From NCBI RefSeq assembly GCF_009914755.1, contig NC_060928.1: a DNA stretch of 64,000 nt. One strand, written 5' to 3'. Source of the stretch: the human T2T-CHM13v2.0 reference genome, Homo sapiens. Within the stretch, counting starts at the first letter, position 1. Each line of letters begins with the position of its first letter. The notes under the pieces are model-generated. The model worked only from the letters and a program-made list of their open reading frames with translations, did no database searches and was not told the origin of the DNA. Shown here piece by piece: positions 59,018 to 64,000 of this stretch. The position numbers and the translations under genes were made by a program.

Positions 59018-59383
59018 GGCCAGGCGCAGTGGGCTCACGCCTGTAATCCCAGCACTTAAGGAGGCTGAGGTGGAAGGATCCCCTGAGGCCAGAAATTCAA
59101 CATCAGCCTGGGAAACATAGTGAGACCCCATCTTTACAGGAAATTTAAAAATTAGACGGGCGTGGTAGTGTGCCTGTAGTTCCAGCTACTCAGGAGGTTG
59201 AAGTGGGAGGATGGCCTGAATCCAGGAGTTGGAGGCTGCAGTGAGCTGTGATCACACTCCTGCACTCCAGCCTCTGGGCAAGTGGTAGTTTGTGGTAGTT
59301 TGTTATGGCAGCCGTGGCTTGCCAGCAACCACTAGAAGCTAGGAAGGGACAAGGCGACAGAGTGAGACCCTGACTCAAAAAAA
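59018..59383 (+). mobile_element. AluJ carrying a ~70-bp non-Alu insertion (59280-59352)
   Basis: Alu resumes at ggcgacagagtgagaccctg; TSD at(t/c)tttgatga. Confidence 0.9.
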
Positions 59384-59423
59384 TCTTTGATGAGCTGGAT
59401 TGACTCCTGAATAATTGGAAGGG

Positions 59424-59845
59424 TGTGTTAGCCTCCTGCGGCCGTGATAACAAACGACCACAAGCTGGGCAGCTTTAAGCCACAGAAATCAAAGTGTCAC
59501 AGGGTCACGAGTCATCCGAAGGCTCGAGTGGAGACTCCCTCCTTGCACCTCCCCAGCGTCTGGTGGTTGCTGGCAAGCCTTGGTATTCCTCTGCTGGCAG
59601 CTGCACTGCTCCAGTCTGTGTCTGTCACTTCCCTGCCTTCTTCTCTGTGTCACTGAGTCCACATTTCCCTCTCCTTTAAGGACACCAGTCATTGGATGAG
59701 GTTCCACCCTAATCCACTGTGACCTCATCTTAATTGGATTATATCTGCACAAACCCTATTTCCAAATAAACTCACATTCACAAGTACCTTACCAGGGGTA
59801 AGGATGGGAACATATCTTTTGGGAGGGCCGCAGCTTAACTAACAA
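59424..59845 (-). mobile_element. MLT1C-like MaLR LTR
   Basis: ataacaaacgaccacaa..., ctggtggttgctggcaa, aaggacaccagtcattggat, ccctatttccaaataa. Confidence 0.85.
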
Positions 59846-62741
59846 AGCGTGCTGTGTGTGCTCTTCTTCTGTATCTACAGGTCTGAAGCTTCTTTGGAGG
59901 GACTCCTTCCACATGGGGCAGGTTATTCCGGAAGCAGCTCCAGAACTTCAAATAATTATATTACACAGTCAGCACACCGTTTTCTAAGGGCTAGATTCAT
60001 GCATTCTTTCAGTGTTTGAGGGCCTGCTGTGTGCTGATGCTGCTTCAGGATCTGGATGTGGAGAGATGAGTAAGCCAGACAGCTCTGATCAAATACAATT
60101 GTTTGTGTTTTAAACTTGCCAAGGGCATCATGGACTCTTCTGGCAATTACATGATTAAAACATAGTTTTAAGAGAAAGGAAAGTCATCATTTTTCTTTTT
60201 GCCAAGATGTAAACTAAGATGCATGACTGGGAAAATGTCATCTTATAGGATCATGCCTATGGACAAGGGCTTATGGCAAAACTGTGGAGCCCAGCTTGGA
60301 GTGCCCCGAATCTGAGCACAGCAGGATGACAAATACAGAAGCAAGGATGGGTGGTCTGTGGGAGGGGAGATGAAGGGGAGTTGCGGGATGGATTGCAGTA
60401 GTGCTGGGGGCCCTGACAGTGGATCAGGCCAGGAGTCCTCCTGAGCTGTCCTGGTGGCCCCTGGAACCACCAATGTGATGGAACTTCTCCTGGTCCAGTG
60501 AGCACCCTGGGTGGTACAGGAAAGAAACACACTGGAGCAGGCATTCCGCACTCAGGGAACCACCCCAGGACAGCTGTGTGTTTGTGCCTTCTTCCTCTTT
60601 GTGGCTTTCCTCGAAAGGTGGCATGGCCTCAGGCTGCCATCACACCCTTCTTCCCCTTGGGCCTTCTGGCCTGACACTCCGTGTGCCTCCCTGCCTGCCT
60701 CCTGCTTCTGATTTCAATCCTTGGACTCTCAACAACTTGTCTCCCTTTGTCAATATGGAGAATGTGTAACAAATGGCCTCTGTTTGGCGGAGGTGGGACG
60801 GCTGACCCCTATGAATGGACCTCTGGACAGCTCCTCCTGCCAGACCAAGGCCACAGGGACCCAGACAGTGACAGCAGGCAAAGAAGCTGCATTCTGGCCC
60901 GGGACTCTTGGAGTACTCACCAGCCATGAGGGACGAAGGCTGAGATGAAACGTGAAACATGGACATAAATGTGGTTGTTTTGTATAACCCCCCAAATAAC
61001 TGGGGGAGATGCTACCTCTCTCCATAGTTTTTTTACTTGGTGACACGCAGCATATATATGAGAATGAAGGAAGGATCTTGAAGATCATGGTTCCCACACA
61101 AATTACAAGCACCATCGTTAATGCGTGGTTACAGTAAAGAGTCCTATCCAGTTTCTCAACTGCCAACCCCCACCCCTCGTATGAGGACTATGAGACATCA
61201 TAACCTGCAGGTAGAGTTCAGTATTCAACAAAATGAGCAGCTGTCATCCTGGCTGTCACCTGGTGAACCAGAGGCTGGTGTTTCCTACTTAAGGTATGAA
61301 CAGACTTCTGCCTTTAATCATTCCTGGGCCGGGTTCTATTAATACATATCAGGCAACTATGAAAAAAATGACTGGATTTTTTTCCCCAAGCAATCAAAAG
61401 TAGTTTCATATTATTTTATATTAGTGTGTGAGAGTTACATATATTTGTATACCATTTGTTAAATCCTTAATTCTAAGACTTGAAAATGAACTACAGAAAT
61501 CTGTGTCCGGTGCATTTAAGTTCAGGATTCAGGGCAAACTACTGCAAGTGGCCAACGTAAACTTTTCACTGAAAGGCTGCAGAAGAATGCAGATATACGT
61601 GATGTTGTCTGAAAGCCCTCTACAAGATGTTTTACTCTACTAGCCTTGAATTATTTTGGTGTGAGAAGCAGAGCTGCTCATCCCATGCAGAAATAGAGTG
61701 CTGAATTTGATCAATCAAATTCAGACCCTCAACTAGCCCACACGCCCAAGCGTAACCCTTGTCTTTGCAGAGCCTGGGATGTGTCACCATGAAGGCACTG
61801 TGGCCACACTGCAGTTCTCCAGGGTGAGCCTGTGGTTCATCCATAAACAACTGTTAACAGTTTCCACACCCACCAGCTTCCCATTGCTGTTGAGCCTTGT
61901 TCAGATCTTGCCTTTGCTGGATCCTTCAACAGTAGGTCTCACAGTGATGGAAGCTGCTTCTGGGCCTTGCACCTTCTAGTCCTCTGAGCCAGGAATGTGC
62001 ATGGAGGTCGTATTCCCAGGGCCAATGAAGCCCGTGGGAAGCAGGCAGGGGGCGGGGCCTCCACTTCAAGCACCACTTTATTTTCAGGGACGTTTGCTAC
62101 GTTTCCCACCTCTGGCCTTTCTCCACTCTTCACACCCTCGTCTCCCCAGTAGAGGAGAAGTGATTTACCTTATTGGGGAGCTTCAGAAGGAGCCCCTTTC
62201 CTGCTTCTCTCTGAAGGGCCAGCTGTGCACACAGAGCTCACAGTGTCTCCTGCTCCTCTGTTCTCTGAGTCTCACAGGTGCAAGGCCTTGGTGGGCAACC
62301 GTGTGTAATTCAGAGGTGAGGTATTACAAACCATATTCTCCAGTATCCATCAGCTTTGTTTTAAGAAAGAGGATATTTTACTCTCCATCTGCCATACCCT
62401 GTGTCTACCTCCATGAGTTTTCAAATTAGTTAGGATGCAGGGGTGGCAATTATTAGGGTCCCTCAGACCCCGACATCCTAAAAAGAGAGAAAACAAGCTA
62501 GCTTACTGTTTTCAAGGAAACTATGAGACAGAGAAGAAAAACAGAATTATTTGCATATTTAGCATGCAATAAACTTCATGCAAAGTAAAATGTGTATGAA
62601 TGCAAGGAAATAGAAATAAAGATAATTGTGAACCACAACATTACCCAGTGCTAAAGGGAAACAAAAGTGAAGTAATTGAGGGAAAATGGGGTTAAATAAG
62701 AAGGTCAGAGTTTAGATTAAAATGTTGAAGCAGAGACTTTA

Positions 62742-63122
<381 letters not shown>

Positions 63123-63789
63123 TCATTGAACAGGCTGACAGACCTACACATGCCAGGCCTGGTTAACCCTGCTGAAAGTGTTAAGTCGAGACCATGGACG
63201 CTCACTGAAGAGTTTAGAGCCAAGGAATGGCCTGGCCTGACTTGCATGTTAGAAAACCCCTTGGGTGGAAGAGAGGAGAATGACCTGAAACCTTAAGATC
63301 TCAAGGAAGCCTGATAGGAGGTCACTGCATAATGATAAGTGGAATGATAAGGTGGAACTTCTAGTTGGGGTACTGGGGAGAAGGGGCTTGTGGGGCTGTT
63401 ACTGGCTTCTAGGGTGAGGCCATAAGAGTGCTCTGGGACAGCCTGGGTGAACTTGGGTGGTGAAGCTGGATAGAGACTGGACTCGGGCTGTCCCAGGGAT
63501 GGTGGTGGAAATGGGGCCTCAACACAGGCTCAGCTGGAAGATGGTGCAGAATCCTAAGGTAGGGTCCTCTGCAGTGCTTCCAGGTGATGGAGCTGTTTTC
63601 AAGAACATTAGGGCTCACCTTCTATAGAAGATATTTCTCCTTGAATTTATGGGATACTCATTTTAGTGTTCCATACCGAGTATTGTGTAACCAGAAATAC
63701 AAAATTTAAATTTCTGAAGTGATTTGGATTTTTGTTTTTAAATAAGTTTTGGTCAACAGAATAATTTAAACATTTCTCTAAAAAGCAGA

Positions 63790-64000
63790 CATGCTTTGCA
63801 GCAAGTATTGCGGGGACAGCTGGATATCTACATGGAGAAGAATGAAGTCATGCTCTTTCCACACACCTAACACAAAAATTAACTCAAAGTGGATCACAGA
63901 CCTAAACATAAGAGTTAAAACTTTATCACTCTTAGGAGAAATTAAGGGAGTAAATCTTCATGATAATCTGGGCTTAGGCAAAGCCTTTTTAGATATGACA
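63790..64000 (+). mobile_element. L1M ORF2 C-terminal fragment (runs off window)
   Basis: Encodes TKINSKWITDLNIRVKTLSLLGE, an L1 ORF2p-like motif. Confidence 0.85.

Overview
Primate (human-like) genomic DNA with no intact protein-coding gene, RNA gene or CRISPR array. Bases 1-~3425 are repeat-free and look like the distal 3' UTR and poly(A) region of an upstream + strand gene that I cannot name. The rest is intergenic and rich in transposon relics (Alu/FLAM, L1, L2, MIR, MaLR LTRs, Tigger/Charlie/Mariner elements), with a CpG-enriched promoter-like patch at ~19.85-20.46 kb. The clearest gene-derived feature is a 5'-truncated processed pseudogene of VLDLR (52309-53085), copied from the isoform lacking the O-linked-sugar exon. 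The main unexplained pattern is a set of perfect or near-perfect fold-back insertions that the host repeat sequences do not explain. These include a 23-bp perfect hairpin at 16441-16505, a 17-bp hairpin at 15317-15356, a double hairpin inside THE1, and an inverted two-piece copy of a neighbouring LTR inside an AluJ. They are consistent with template switching or templated end-joining. I found no evidence of a new multi-gene system. Repeat subfamily names and VLDLR comparisons are from memory of consensus/parent sequences and need RepeatMasker/BLAST confirmation.
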